DNA of 64,000 nt from an uncultured Hoeflea sp. (GCA_964511625.1 CAZEJG010000006.1:47897-111896); one strand, 5' to 3'; shown: positions 45,671 through 55,660, numbered from the stretch's first letter. Numbers and translations: made by a program. Notes: a model not told the origin generated them from the letters alone.

Positions 45671-46045
45671 ATGACACGGAGCTTCACCCACCAGCGTTTT
45701 CTGGTCGACAACGCCCAGCAGACCGCGCGCCTCTTCCAGGACCTCTTCGGCTGGGACATCCGATGGGAAGGGATTGTTCTCGGACAGTCCTACGTCATCC
45801 ACATGGATGCCGGTCAGGCCGATGGTGCGGACCGTTTCGTCACCCTGTCGGATCGCGGGCCCATGGCATCGGACGTGGACGAGGCCACCCCGCGGATGGC
45901 TGTCGATGTCGACGATCTCGAAACGATTTCGCGCCGGGCGGGACGACTCGGCATCCTGATGCAGGATTGTCTCTGCGCCCAGGCCGCCGACAGTCTCTGC
46001 ATCGATGATGCGGGCGGTGTCTCCATCCGGGTGCGCAAGGTCTGA
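45671..46045 (+). CDS. Small VOC (glyoxalase/bleomycin-resistance/dioxygenase)-like protein, probable SoxR target
   Basis: 124 aa. An N-terminal beta-alpha-beta-beta-beta-like pattern is present (FLVDNAQQTARLFQDLFGWDIRWEG). The assignment is weak and based on pattern only. AGGGAG lies 10 nt upstream. Confidence 0.6.
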   Translation: MTRSFTHQRFLVDNAQQTARLFQDLFGWDIRWEGIVLGQSYVIHMDAGQADGADRFVTLSDRGPMASDVDEATPRMAVDVDDLETISRRAGRLGILMQDCLCAQAADSLCIDDAGGVSIRVRKV

Positions 46046-46047
46046 GT

Positions 46048-46533
46048 TCAGTCGGTCCCGGATGTCTGACCTGTGCCCGGCCCGAAACGGCGCAACAGGT
46101 CGCCGGCGATCATGCCGGCGGAAATCGCCAAGTTGATCGAACGGACCTCCGGACGCATCGGGATGGTGATCCGGGCGTCGGCGGTGTCATGGACTTGATC
46201 GGGGACGCCGGCGCTTTCGCGGCCGAAGAGCACGATGTCATCGGCGCGGTAGTCGAAGGCGAAATAGGGTGTCGTCGCGCGGGTGGTGGCGAGGATCAGA
46301 CGGCGGCCTTGCGCCTTGCGCCAGTCCTCGAATGTCGCCCAGGACACGTGGTCGGTCAGGGAGGCAATGGCGAGGTAATCCATGCCGGCGCGCTTGAGCG
46401 CCTTGTGGGACAGGTCGAAACCGGCCGGCCCGATGACATGAACGTCGAAGCCGAGGCAGGCGCCGAGACGCAGGATCGTGCCGGTGTTGCCGGGAATGTC
46501 GGGCTGGTAGAGGGCGAGCGCGGGATGAGCCAT
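46048..46533 (-). CDS. trmL: tRNA (cytidine(34)/5-carboxymethylaminomethyluridine(34)-2'-O)-methyltransferase, SpoU family
   Basis: 161 aa. LYQPDIPGNTGTILRLGACLG and a C-terminal knot motif (RSINLAISAGM). Confidence 0.9.
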   Translation of the reverse strand: MAHPALALYQPDIPGNTGTILRLGACLGFDVHVIGPAGFDLSHKALKRAGMDYLAIASLTDHVSWATFEDWRKAQGRRLILATTRATTPYFAFDYRADDIVLFGRESAGVPDQVHDTADARITIPMRPEVRSINLAISAGMIAGDLLRRFGPGTGQTSGTD

Positions 46534-46695
46534 GGCTTCCTGCTACGCCACGGGCCCTCCTTGCTCAAGATGGATTGTTCGAGTGCCTTGCCGTGACCGT
46601 TGCGCCACAGGGGCCCGGCAAGGTGGGGTCGGGATGAGGATTGAGGCTTCAATTTTGCGTTCGGAACGGCTAAGGAAAAGGCATTGTTTATCCGA

Positions 46696-46743
46696 CCGGG
46701 GAGGCATTGATGATATCGATCGAGCGAATGCCCTTCGCCCCGG
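46696..46743. repeat. Nested inverted repeat / hairpin in the trmL-ABC intergenic region
   Basis: CCGGGG (46696-46701) pairs with CCCCGG (46738-46743). Inside it, GGCATT (46703-46708) pairs with AATGCC (46727-46732). The loop contains GATATCGATCG. Confidence 0.55.
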
Positions 46744-46858
46744 CAGTTGGTTGGCCACGGATCGTCATTCCACGACTGCTCGCCTAGCGAGCGCCGGCTT
46801 CCTCCGCCTTTCGCAACCTTTCCGCAGCCGTACGGGCTGCGTGATATTCCGTTTTCCC

Positions 46859-46895
46859 GGCATCCGATGAGCGCGATATCGCCGCTCCGGATGCC
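46859..46895. repeat. Long imperfect inverted repeat / hairpin 36 nt upstream of the ABC exporter start
   Basis: GGCATCCG (46859-46866) pairs with CGGATGCC (46888-46895). Inside it, GAGCG pairs with CGCTC, and the central palindrome CGATATCG occupies 46874-46881. Confidence 0.55.
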
Positions 46896-46930
46896 TGCCC
46901 GGTCCATCTGGCGGGCATTCAAGGATTTGA

Positions 46931-48784
46931 ATGATGTTCGATTGGTTTGAAAAGAGGCTCAACGCCTATCCGGACACCACGCTCGACACGCCGCCGAAGG
47001 GTCTGGTGGCGTTCTGCTGGCACTATTCCAGGGATGCGGCCCCGTGGCTTTTTGCCATGGGTGTGCTCACCGCTTTGATCTCGATCGGCGAAGTGATGCT
47101 GTTCGGCTTCCTCGGTTCGATCGTCGACTGGCTGTCGGCGGCCGACCCGGACGGGTTCCTGCAGCGTGAAGGCTGGCGGCTGGCCGGCATGGCGGCGCTG
47201 GTGCTCGTCGGCCTGCCGCTCGCCGTTGCGCTCGATTCGCTGATCCTGCACCAGACGCTGCTCGGCAACTACGCCATGATCGCCCGCTGGCAGATGCACC
47301 GGCGATTGTTGCGCCAGAGCCTGACGTTCTTCTCCAACGAGTTCGCCGGCCGCGTCGCCACCAAGGTGATGCAGACCTCGCTGTCGATCCGCGAGACGGT
47401 GATCAAGCTGCTCGACGTCTTCGTCTATGTCAGCGTCTATTTCATCGCCATGGTGGTGCTGGTCGCCAGTTCCGACTGGGTCCTGGCGCTGCCGCTGCTT
47501 CTCTGGCTGGTGATCTATGTCGGTCTGCTTGCCTATTTCGTGCCACGGCTGAAACATCTCTCGGCGATCCAAGCGGATGCGCGTTCCGACATGACCGGCC
47601 GGGTGGTCGACAGCTACACCAACATCTCGACGGTGAAGCTGTTCTCGCACAGCCGCCGCGAGGAAGAGTACGCGCGCGGCGGGATGGACCGCTTTCTGCA
47701 GTCGGTTCACCGGCAGATGCGCAAGATCACGCTGTTCCAGATCACGGTGCATCTCAACAATGCGCTGCTTCTGTTCCTGGTGTCGGTGCTGGCGATCGGC
47801 TTCTGGCTGAACGGCGCGGTTTCCGTCGGTGCGATCGCGGTGGCCATCGGTCTCGCGCTCAGGCTCAACGGCATGTCGCAGTGGATCATGTGGGAAGTCG
47901 CGGGCCTGTTCGAGAACATCGGCATCGTCCAGGACGGCATGGAGATGATGACGATGCCGGTCGACGTCACCGACGCCCGCAAGGCCGCCAGCTTCGCGTC
48001 GGGCGCCGGCGAGATCCGTTTCGAGAACGTCCGCTTCCATTACGGCAAGGCGCGTGGCGTGATCGAGGATCTGTCGCTGACGATCAATCCCGGCGAAAAG
48101 GTCGGGCTGGTCGGTCGGTCGGGCGCGGGCAAGACCACGATTACCAATCTGCTCCTGCGATTCTACAACCTCGAGGGCGGGCGCATTCTCGTCGACGGGC
48201 AGGACGTTTCGGAGCTGACGCAGGAATCGCTGCGCGCGGCGATCGGCGTGGTGACCCAGGACACGTCGCTGCTCCACCGTTCGGTGCGCGAGAACATCGC
48301 CTATGGCCGGCCGGATGCCAGCGAGGAGGCGATCATCGAGGCGGCGCGCAAGGCCAATGCGCTCGAGTTCATCGGTGAACTGGAGGATCCCGCCGGCCGC
48401 AAGGGGCTCGATACCCATGTCGGCGAACGCGGAGTGAAGCTGTCCGGCGGCCAGCGCCAGCGTGTGGCGATCGCCCGCGTCTTTCTCAAGGACGCGCCTA
48501 TCCTCGTTCTCGACGAGGCCACCTCGGCGCTCGATTCCGAGGTCGAGGCGGCCATCCAGGAGAACCTGTTCAAGCTGATGGAGAACAAGACGGTGATCGC
48601 CATCGCCCACCGGCTGTCGACGATCGCGCAGATGGACCGGCTGATTGTTCTCGATCGTGGGCGGATCGTCGAGACGGGAACGCACGAGGACCTCATCGCC
48701 GCCGGCGGGCTCTACGCCGAACTCTGGTCGCGGCAGTCCGGCGGTTTCATCGACGATGCCGAGGAGGCCGCCGCGGCGGAGTGA
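46931..48784 (+). CDS. ABC exporter, fused permease/ATPase (type I exporter half-transporter), first of a tandem pair
   Basis: An N-terminal six-TM domain is followed by GRSGAGKTT, LSGGQRQRVAIAR, ILVLDEATSALD and AHRLST. Confidence 0.9.
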   Translation: MMFDWFEKRLNAYPDTTLDTPPKGLVAFCWHYSRDAAPWLFAMGVLTALISIGEVMLFGFLGSIVDWLSAADPDGFLQREGWRLAGMAALVLVGLPLAVALDSLILHQTLLGNYAMIARWQMHRRLLRQSLTFFSNEFAGRVATKVMQTSLSIRETVIKLLDVFVYVSVYFIAMVVLVASSDWVLALPLLLWLVIYVGLLAYFVPRLKHLSAIQADARSDMTGRVVDSYTNISTVKLFSHSRREEEYARGGMDRFLQSVHRQMRKITLFQITVHLNNALLLFLVSVLAIGFWLNGAVSVGAIAVAIGLALRLNGMSQWIMWEVAGLFENIGIVQDGMEMMTMPVDVTDARKAASFASGAGEIRFENVRFHYGKARGVIEDLSLTINPGEKVGLVGRSGAGKTTITNLLLRFYNLEGGRILVDGQDVSELTQESLRAAIGVVTQDTSLLHRSVRENIAYGRPDASEEAIIEAARKANALEFIGELEDPAGRKGLDTHVGERGVKLSGGQRQRVAIARVFLKDAPILVLDEATSALDSEVEAAIQENLFKLMENKTVIAIAHRLSTIAQMDRLIVLDRGRIVETGTHEDLIAAGGLYAELWSRQSGGFIDDAEEAAAAE

Positions 48785-48839
48785 CCTCTTCGTCGGCCAC
48801 GGCTTGGACGCGCGACCCGCGAGGACTATATCAGCCCAG

Positions 48840-50708
48840 ATGATCGCAAAATCCGTCGCCCGCTTCTTCGAGAACTGGATCGATCCCTTCGGGCGCCGGG
48901 GGGATCTCCGTCCGCCGCAGACCACATTCGCCTTCGTCTGGCATTATGTGCGGCAGGCCAAGTGGCCCTTCGTCGGAATGGCCTTCTTCGGCGGCGCTGT
49001 GGCGGTTCTGGAAGCCGCGCTGTTCTTCTTCGTCGGGCGCGTGGTCGATATTCTCGATACTGCCGACAAGGCGACCGGCTGGTCGGGGCTCTTTGCCGCG
49101 CATGGGACGGAACTGGCACTCATGGCGCTGGTGGTGCTCCTCGGGCGTTTCCTTGTCGTCGCGCTCGGCGCGCTGATCGAAGAGCAGGTGATCGTCCTCA
49201 ACTTCTTCAATCTCGTGCGCTGGCAGTCCTATGCCCATGTGGCGCGGCAGTCGCTGTCCTTCTTCCAGAACGATTTCGCCGGCCGCATCGTCACCAAGGT
49301 CTGGTCGGCGGGGCAGGCGACCGGCGACCTGATGACCTCGCTGCTGCAGGTGGCGTGGTTCATGCTCATCTACACGGTGTCGACCATGACGCTCGTCGGC
49401 CAGCTGGACTGGCGGCTGGCGCTGGTGGTTGGCGTCTGGGTGGTGATCTTTGCGCTGCTGGCGCGCTATTTCGTGCCGCGCATCCGCCGCCATGCGCGCG
49501 AGACGGCCGAAGCGGGTTCCATGCTCAACGGCCGGCTGGTCGACAGTTTCGGCAATGTCCAGACGCTGAAACTGTTTGGCCGCGAGGACGAGAACGACAG
49601 CTACATTCGCTCGGGCTTCGACCGTTTCCAGGCGACGCTGAGACCGTTTGCCCGGCTTCTGACGGGCGTGCGCTCCTCGCTGGCGCTCCTGTCCGGGATC
49701 ATGATCACCATGATCGCCTATCTGTCGGTCGACCTGTGGCTTGCCGGCGCGATCACCGCCGGCGGCGTCGCTTTCACGCTGGGTCTGGTCTTGCGGCTCA
49801 ACATGCTGCTCGGTCGGATGATGACGCAGCTCAACGGCATCATGCGCAATATCGGTACCATCCAGAATTCGGCGGAACTCATTTCCCAGCCGATCGGCCT
49901 GACCGACAAGCCTGACGCAAAGCCGCTTTCGGTCGAGAAGGCCGCGATCGAATTCGATCATGTCGGCTTCGGCTATGATCACGCTCTGCCGGTGCTCGAC
50001 GACCTGACGCTCAAAGTCGCTGCGGGTGAAAAGGTCGGCATCGTCGGACGCTCCGGCGCCGGCAAGTCGACGATGGTCAATCTGCTATTGCGCTTCTACG
50101 ACGTCGATTCGGGCCGGATCCTGATCGACGGCCAGAACATAGCAGATGTCACCCAAGCGTCCTTGCGTCGACATATCGGGATGGTGACGCAGGATACGGC
50201 GCTGCTGCATCGCTCGATCCGCGACAACATCGCCTTTGGACGCCCGGATGCAGATGATGACGAGATCCTCAAGGCCGCCCGGCGTGCCGAGGCCGCAGAC
50301 TTCATCGCGAGCCTCGTCGACCAGAAGGGCAGGCGCGGTCTCGACGCCCATGTCGGAGAACGCGGCGTCAAACTCTCTGGCGGCCAGCGGCAGCGAATCG
50401 CCATCGCCCGGGTGATGCTGAAGGACGCCCCGATTCTCGTCCTCGACGAGGCGACCTCGGCGCTCGATTCGGAAGTCGAGGCGGCGATCCAGGACAATCT
50501 GGAGGACCTCATGACCGGCAAGACGGTGATCGCGATCGCCCACAGGCTGTCGACAATCGCCCGCATGGACCGGCTGATCGTCATCGACGCAGGTCGCATC
50601 ATTGAGGCCGGAACCCACACCGAACTCGTCGCCAAGGGTGGTCTCTACGCGGAATTGTGGGCCCGGCAGTCCGGCGGGTTCATCGGCGGCGAGTTGGCTG
50701 CGGAGTAA
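48840..50708 (+). CDS. ABC exporter, fused permease/ATPase, second of the tandem pair (paralogue of the upstream gene)
   Basis: Same architecture: GRSGAGKST, LSGGQRQRIAIAR, ILVLDEATSALD and AHRLST. I chose the internal ATG at 48840 (MIAKSVARFFENWIDPF, parallel to MMFDWFEKRLNAYP of the first gene). Confidence 0.9.
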   Translation: MIAKSVARFFENWIDPFGRRGDLRPPQTTFAFVWHYVRQAKWPFVGMAFFGGAVAVLEAALFFFVGRVVDILDTADKATGWSGLFAAHGTELALMALVVLLGRFLVVALGALIEEQVIVLNFFNLVRWQSYAHVARQSLSFFQNDFAGRIVTKVWSAGQATGDLMTSLLQVAWFMLIYTVSTMTLVGQLDWRLALVVGVWVVIFALLARYFVPRIRRHARETAEAGSMLNGRLVDSFGNVQTLKLFGREDENDSYIRSGFDRFQATLRPFARLLTGVRSSLALLSGIMITMIAYLSVDLWLAGAITAGGVAFTLGLVLRLNMLLGRMMTQLNGIMRNIGTIQNSAELISQPIGLTDKPDAKPLSVEKAAIEFDHVGFGYDHALPVLDDLTLKVAAGEKVGIVGRSGAGKSTMVNLLLRFYDVDSGRILIDGQNIADVTQASLRRHIGMVTQDTALLHRSIRDNIAFGRPDADDDEILKAARRAEAADFIASLVDQKGRRGLDAHVGERGVKLSGGQRQRIAIARVMLKDAPILVLDEATSALDSEVEAAIQDNLEDLMTGKTVIAIAHRLSTIARMDRLIVIDAGRIIEAGTHTELVAKGGLYAELWARQSGGFIGGELAAE

Positions 50709-50889
50709 CCCTCCACGGTTTTTGCGCGACATTCTGCCTCTATCGTTTCGGCGGTCTGGACTTCTCGTCGCTTCCCGCTTAGAAACCGCGCAATTGACAG
50801 GATTTTGCCACAATGCCAAAGCGCGTCCTCAGGGATGCCGGGGATGGCTGGTCCTGAGCCGGTATACAGCCTTGAGAGGATGACACGCC

Positions 50890-51480
50890 GTGAGCGACAA
50901 CACTGCAAACACCGGGGACATGGGTGGCCACGATCACGAGCCGACCCGCCGCGACTTTCTTTATCTCGCTACTGGCATGACTGCCGTTGTCGGCGCCGGC
51001 GCCGTGGCATGGCCGTTCATCGACCAGATGCGCCCTGATGCGTCCACACTCGCCCAGGCCTCGATCGACGTGAACGTGTCGGCGGTCGAGCCGGGCATGT
51101 CGCTGACCGTCAAATGGCGCGGCAAGCCGGTCTTCATCCGCAACCGGACCGATCAGGAAGTGCAGGAAGCCAAGGATACCCCGCTCAGCGAGCTGAAGGA
51201 TCCGGTCGCCCGCAACGAGAACCTCAAGGGCGACGCCACGGCGACGGACCTCGACCGGTCCGCCGGCGAAGGCAAGGAAAACTGGATCGTGATGCTCGGC
51301 GTCTGCACCCACCTGGGTTGCGTGCCGCTTGGCCAGGCCGGCGAATACGGCGGCTGGTTCTGCCCCTGTCACGGCTCGGTCTACGATACCGCTGGTCGCA
51401 TCCGTAAGGGTCCGGCGCCTGAAAATCTTCATATTCCGCCATACGCGTTCTCGTCGGACGACGTAATCTCGATCGGTTAA
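50890..51480 (+). CDS. petA: Ubiquinol-cytochrome c reductase Rieske iron-sulfur subunit
   Basis: A Tat-like RRDFLY, and the Rieske motifs CTHLGC and CPCHGS. GTG start with GAGAGGA upstream. Confidence 0.95.
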   Translation: MSDNTANTGDMGGHDHEPTRRDFLYLATGMTAVVGAGAVAWPFIDQMRPDASTLAQASIDVNVSAVEPGMSLTVKWRGKPVFIRNRTDQEVQEAKDTPLSELKDPVARNENLKGDATATDLDRSAGEGKENWIVMLGVCTHLGCVPLGQAGEYGGWFCPCHGSVYDTAGRIRKGPAPENLHIPPYAFSSDDVISIG

Positions 51481-51496
51481 GGGGACAGAGAACGAC

Positions 51497-52753
51497 ATGA
51501 GCTCCGATCATTCGACCTACAAACCTTCGTCGGGCTTTGAGAAGTGGCTGGATTCCCGGCTGCCGATCATGCGGATGGGGCACGACAGCTTCATTTCCTA
51601 CCCGGTTCCGCGCAACCTGAACTATGCCTACACCTTCGGCGCCATGCTGATGGTGATGCTCGTCGCTCAGATACTGACCGGGGTGGTGCTCGCCATGCAC
51701 TATGTCGCCAGCACCGGCGAGGCCTTCAATTCCGTCGAGAAGATCATGCGCGACGTCAACCACGGTTGGCTGCTGCGTTACATGCACGCCAACGGCGCGT
51801 CGTTCTTCTTCATCGCGGTGTATCTCCACATCGCCCGCGGCCTCTACTATGGTTCCTACAAGGCGCCGCGCGAGATCCTCTGGATCCTCGGCGTGGTGAT
51901 CTATCTCCTGATGATGGCGACCGGTTTCATGGGCTACGTTCTGCCCTGGGGTCAGATGTCCTTCTGGGGCGCGACCGTGATCACCGGCTTCTTCTCGGCT
52001 TTCCCGCTCGTCGGCGACTGGATCCAGCAGTTCCTGCTCGGTGGTTTCGCGGTCGATCAACCGACGCTCAACCGGTTCTTCTCGCTGCATTACCTGCTGC
52101 CGTTCATGATCGCGGGCGTCGTCGTCCTGCACGTCTGGGCGCTGCACGTGACCGGTCAGACCAACCCGACAGGCGTGGAAGTGAAGTCGAAGACCGACAC
52201 GCTGCCCTTCACGCCTTACGCAACGATGAAGGACGCGCTCGGCGTCTCGATCTTCCTGATCGCGTTCGCCTGGTTCATCTTCTACATGCCGAACTATCTC
52301 GGCCACCCGGACAACTATATTCCGGCCAATGCGTTGAAGACGCCTGCCCATATCGTGCCCGAATGGTACTACCTGCCTTTCTACGCGATGCTGCGCGCAA
52401 TCACCTTCAACATCGGTCCCATCGACTCCAAGCTCGGCGGCGTTCTGGTGATGTTCGGTTCGATCATCGTCCTGTTCTTCCTGCCCTGGCTCGATACGTC
52501 GAAGGTCCGCTCGGCCGTCTACCGTCCGTGGTATCGCCTTTTCTTCTGGCTCTTCGTCATCAACGCCATCTTCCTCGGATGGCTAGGTTCGAAGCCGGCT
52601 GAAGGTCTCTACACCACTCTCGCGCTGTGCGGCACGATCTACTACTTCGGCTTCTTCCTCATCATCATGCCGATCCTCGGCCTGATCGAGACCCCAAAAC
52701 GCATTCCGAACTCGATCACGGAAGCGGTTCTCGAGAAGAACGCCAAGGCGTAA
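51497..52753 (+). CDS. petB: Cytochrome b
   Basis: 418 aa. Conserved cytochrome b helices with heme-ligand histidines are present ([26 protein letters not shown]). Confidence 0.95.
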   Translation: MSSDHSTYKPSSGFEKWLDSRLPIMRMGHDSFISYPVPRNLNYAYTFGAMLMVMLVAQILTGVVLAMHYVASTGEAFNSVEKIMRDVNHGWLLRYMHANGASFFFIAVYLHIARGLYYGSYKAPREILWILGVVIYLLMMATGFMGYVLPWGQMSFWGATVITGFFSAFPLVGDWIQQFLLGGFAVDQPTLNRFFSLHYLLPFMIAGVVVLHVWALHVTGQTNPTGVEVKSKTDTLPFTPYATMKDALGVSIFLIAFAWFIFYMPNYLGHPDNYIPANALKTPAHIVPEWYYLPFYAMLRAITFNIGPIDSKLGGVLVMFGSIIVLFFLPWLDTSKVRSAVYRPWYRLFFWLFVINAIFLGWLGSKPAEGLYTTLALCGTIYYFGFFLIIMPILGLIETPKRIPNSITEAVLEKNAKA

Positions 52754-52777
52754 CCGGGCAGCGAAAGGACGACAAAG

Positions 52778-53683
52778 ATGAAAAAGCTTCTTGCAAGCAT
52801 TCTCGTGGCCGCTGCTGTTTCGGGCGCATCCATGGCCGCATTCGCGGCCGAGGAGGGAGAGCACGGACTGGCGGAGGAAACCACTCACGCCATTGCCAAC
52901 AGCCACTTCCCGGTTCTCAAACCCGAAGAAGAGAAGTGGAGCTTTGCCGGCCCCTTCGGCACCTACGACAAGGGGCAGCTTCAGCGCGGTCTGAAGGTGT
53001 ATACCGAGGTGTGCTCGGCCTGCCATTCGATGAACCTCGTGTCATTCCGCACGCTCGAGCATCTCGGCTACTCGGAAGCCCAGGTGAAGACCTTCGCCGC
53101 CAACTACGAGGTCGAGGACGGCCCCAACGCTGACGGCGAAATGTTCACCCGTACGGCGGTGGCGTCGGACTACTTCCCGTCGCCGTTCCCCAACGAGGAA
53201 GCGGCTGCTGCCGCCAACAACAACGCGGCTCCGCCGGACATGTCGCTGCTGGCCAAGGCGCGCGGCGTCACCCGCGGATTTCCGACCTTCATCTTCGATA
53301 TCTTCACCCAGTACCAGGAAGGCGGACCGGACTATATCCACGCTCTGCTGACCGGCTACCAGGATCCGCCTGAAGGCATCAAGAACACCGACGGTTCGGA
53401 CTGGGAGCTGCCCGAAGGCACCTATTACAATCCGTATTTCGCCAGCGCCCCGTCGCTCGCCATGGCCCAACCGATCTCGGACGGCCAGGTGACCTACGAC
53501 GACGGCTCGCCCGAAACGCTCGATCAGTATTCGCGGGACGTTTCGGCTTTCCTCATGTGGGCGGCAGAGCCGCACCTCGAAGAACGCAAGCATACCGGCT
53601 TCATGGTGATGGTGTTCCTTCTCATCTTTACGGCGCTCATCTATCTGACGAAGAAGTCGATCTTCTCGCGCATCGAACACTAA
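52778..53683 (+). CDS. petC: Cytochrome c1
   Basis: A signal peptide, the CSACHS heme motif, PPDMSL and a C-terminal TM anchor. Confidence 0.95.
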   Translation: MKKLLASILVAAAVSGASMAAFAAEEGEHGLAEETTHAIANSHFPVLKPEEEKWSFAGPFGTYDKGQLQRGLKVYTEVCSACHSMNLVSFRTLEHLGYSEAQVKTFAANYEVEDGPNADGEMFTRTAVASDYFPSPFPNEEAAAAANNNAAPPDMSLLAKARGVTRGFPTFIFDIFTQYQEGGPDYIHALLTGYQDPPEGIKNTDGSDWELPEGTYYNPYFASAPSLAMAQPISDGQVTYDDGSPETLDQYSRDVSAFLMWAAEPHLEERKHTGFMVMVFLLIFTALIYLTKKSIFSRIEH

Positions 53684-53705
53684 GAGACGCGCTATCAGTG
53701 GTATG

Positions 53706-53733
53706 AAACACCGCCTTCGGGCGGTGTTTTTTT
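53706..53733 (+). terminator. Rho-independent terminator after petC
   Basis: CACCGCC-TTCG-GGCGGTG followed by TTTTTTT. Confidence 0.85.
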
Positions 53734-53812
53734 GTGAGCAGGTCGCGTCGCCCCTTGTGCGGACGGGCCAATTGCCAAATCCTCATCAGGCGATGAGCCA
53801 TCGGAGGCACCC

Positions 53813-54355
53813 GTGACCGAACTCGTGGACACCCTCAAAGCGTCGATCCGCACGATTGCGGACTATCCCAAGCCCGGAATCCTGTTTCGCGACATCACCA
53901 CGCTGCTCGGCCAGCCGCGCGCCTTCCGCCGCGCGGTGGATGAACTCGTCCATCCCTATGCGGGCGACGGGATCGCCAAGATCGCCGGGATCGAGGCGCG
54001 TGGCTTCATCCTGGGCGGCGCCATCGCCCACCAGCTTTCGGCCGGCTTCGTTCCGATCCGCAAGAAAGGCAAGCTGCCGCACGAGACCGTTCGGATTGCC
54101 TACAGTCTGGAATACGGCGTCGACGAGATGGAGATGCACAAGGACGCGATCAAGCCCGGCGAGCGGGTGCTGCTGGTCGACGATCTGGTCGCCACCGGCG
54201 GCACCGCCGAGGGTGCGGTCAAGCTCCTCAAGCAGATGGGTGCCGAAGTGGTGGCCGCGTGTTTCGTCATCGATCTCCCGGACCTCGGCGGTCGGAAGAA
54301 GATCGGGGCTCTCGGCGTTCCTGTCCGCACGCTGATTTCCTACGAAGGCCACTGA
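53813..54355 (+). CDS. apt: Adenine phosphoribosyltransferase
   Basis: 180 aa. The PRPP-binding motif is [16 protein letters not shown] start with GGAGG upstream. Confidence 0.95.
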   Translation: MTELVDTLKASIRTIADYPKPGILFRDITTLLGQPRAFRRAVDELVHPYAGDGIAKIAGIEARGFILGGAIAHQLSAGFVPIRKKGKLPHETVRIAYSLEYGVDEMEMHKDAIKPGERVLLVDDLVATGGTAEGAVKLLKQMGAEVVAACFVIDLPDLGGRKKIGALGVPVRTLISYEGH

Positions 54356-54369
54356 CCTTTGTGAAGGGC

Positions 54370-55599
54370 TCAGTGGGTTCCGCCGGACGCGCCGGCATAT
54401 AGTTGCCACAGTAATATCCCTGCCGTCGGGAAGGCGGCAGCCATCCCCCACCAACGCCATCGCCCGATACCGAATTCCGGTGATCGTGTCCCGATCATGA
54501 AGAGGGAGAGGTTGACGAGCGTGAAGACCGCGAGCGTTACGAGGCTCGTGAGCTCGGCCAGGCGCGCGAGATCCAAACCCATGGCCAGGATGATGACCGC
54601 CGTTGCGACCAGTGCGGTGGCGACGACCGGCGTGTGTCGCCGCCGGTCGATCCGGGCGAGGGGTTGCGGGAGTTGCCCGTTCGAGGCCATGCCGTAGAGC
54701 ACGCGCGCTGCCATGACGACCTGGACCAGGATGCCGTTGACCATGGCGAGTGCGCTGACTGTGGCGACCGGTTTGCCCGAGAGCCCGCTGAGGCTCTCGA
54801 ACAGCGTCGCCATCGGGGCGCGAGAGGAAACCACGGCTTGGCTGTCTCGTGTCAGCGTGGCGATCGTGGCCAGCAGCAGATAGATGAGGATGGTGATCGC
54901 CAGCGTCGCGATGATGGCGCGCGGCACGGTGCGTTCGGGATCGCGGGTCTCCTCGGCCATGTTGACCATGTCCTCGAAACCGATAAAGGCGAAGAAGGCC
55001 AGGACAGCCCCGGCCAGGATCGCCTCGGCGTGCAGTGGCGCGGCGGCGAGCGTGCGGAAGATGTCACTGGCTTCGGCGTCGACGAGCACAGGGAGCCCGT
55101 AGCCGACCACCACGATGAGCGTTCCGGTTTCCAGAAGAGTTACGACGGCCGCGACCATGACGCTCTCGCGTACGCCGCGCCATGCGACGACTGCGAGCAG
55201 CACAACGAGAACGACCGCGGCGGGCTTGGGCGCGACAGGGACGAGTTCGGAAAGGTAACCGCCGAAGGCGAGCGCGATCGTGGCGCTCGAGACGATGCCG
55301 GTGACGACAACACCGAGGCCGGCGATGCGGCCGGCGACGGGACCGAGCCCGCGCGTGACGTAGATCGCTTCACCACCCGCAAAGGGAAAGCGTCGAACCA
55401 GAAGCGCGTAGGACCAGGCGGTGCTGCCGGCAATCAGGCCAGCGACCAGGAAAGAAAGAGGTGCGAACGGCCCCGCGACTCCAAGTATGGTGCCGATCAA
55501 CGCGAAAATGCCGGCGCCAACGGTCACCCCTACGCCGTAGAAGACCAACCCCGGCAGGGAGAGGACGCGCGAGAGAGCTGGTGCGGCAGGGTCGGACAT
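54370..55599 (-). CDS. APC-superfamily amino acid/polyamine permease
   Basis: About 12 TM helices, and an N-terminal FYGVGVTVGAGIFALIG motif. The start is uncertain: I chose ATG 55599, the track gives TTG 55647, and neither has a clear SD. Confidence 0.85.
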   Translation of the reverse strand: MSDPAAPALSRVLSLPGLVFYGVGVTVGAGIFALIGTILGVAGPFAPLSFLVAGLIAGSTAWSYALLVRRFPFAGGEAIYVTRGLGPVAGRIAGLGVVVTGIVSSATIALAFGGYLSELVPVAPKPAAVVLVVLLAVVAWRGVRESVMVAAVVTLLETGTLIVVVGYGLPVLVDAEASDIFRTLAAAPLHAEAILAGAVLAFFAFIGFEDMVNMAEETRDPERTVPRAIIATLAITILIYLLLATIATLTRDSQAVVSSRAPMATLFESLSGLSGKPVATVSALAMVNGILVQVVMAARVLYGMASNGQLPQPLARIDRRRHTPVVATALVATAVIILAMGLDLARLAELTSLVTLAVFTLVNLSLFMIGTRSPEFGIGRWRWWGMAAAFPTAGILLWQLYAGASGGTH

Positions 55600-55660
55600 G
55601 TGCACATCATGCCGCAGCTGCCAGCTCTTCTCCGTGACCGGGATCAATCCGGTCGGATTT

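Noticed and set aside
46532-46962. Small ORFs inside the structured trmL-ABC intergenic region: 46532-46870 +, 46543-46758 -, 46747-46950 +, 46765-46962 -.
   Set aside because: The translations are Arg/Cys/Ser-rich with no hydrophobic core pattern and no SD sequences. They overlap one another in several frames. The region is better explained by hairpins and repeats.
46919-48925. 668-aa minus-strand ORF opposite the first ABC exporter, and 48831-49982 and 50085-50819 on the minus strand opposite the second.
   Set aside because: The + strand encodes canonical Walker A, signature, Walker B and H-loop motifs in the right order. The antisense frames are shadows.
46931-50708. Possible degenerate (non-catalytic) ATP site in the tandem ABC exporter pair, as in many heterodimeric exporters.
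   Set aside because: Both proteins keep canonical Walker A (GRSGAGK[T/S]T), signature (LSGGQRQR), Walker B with the catalytic Glu (LDEATSALD) and H-loop (AHRLST). No asymmetry is visible.
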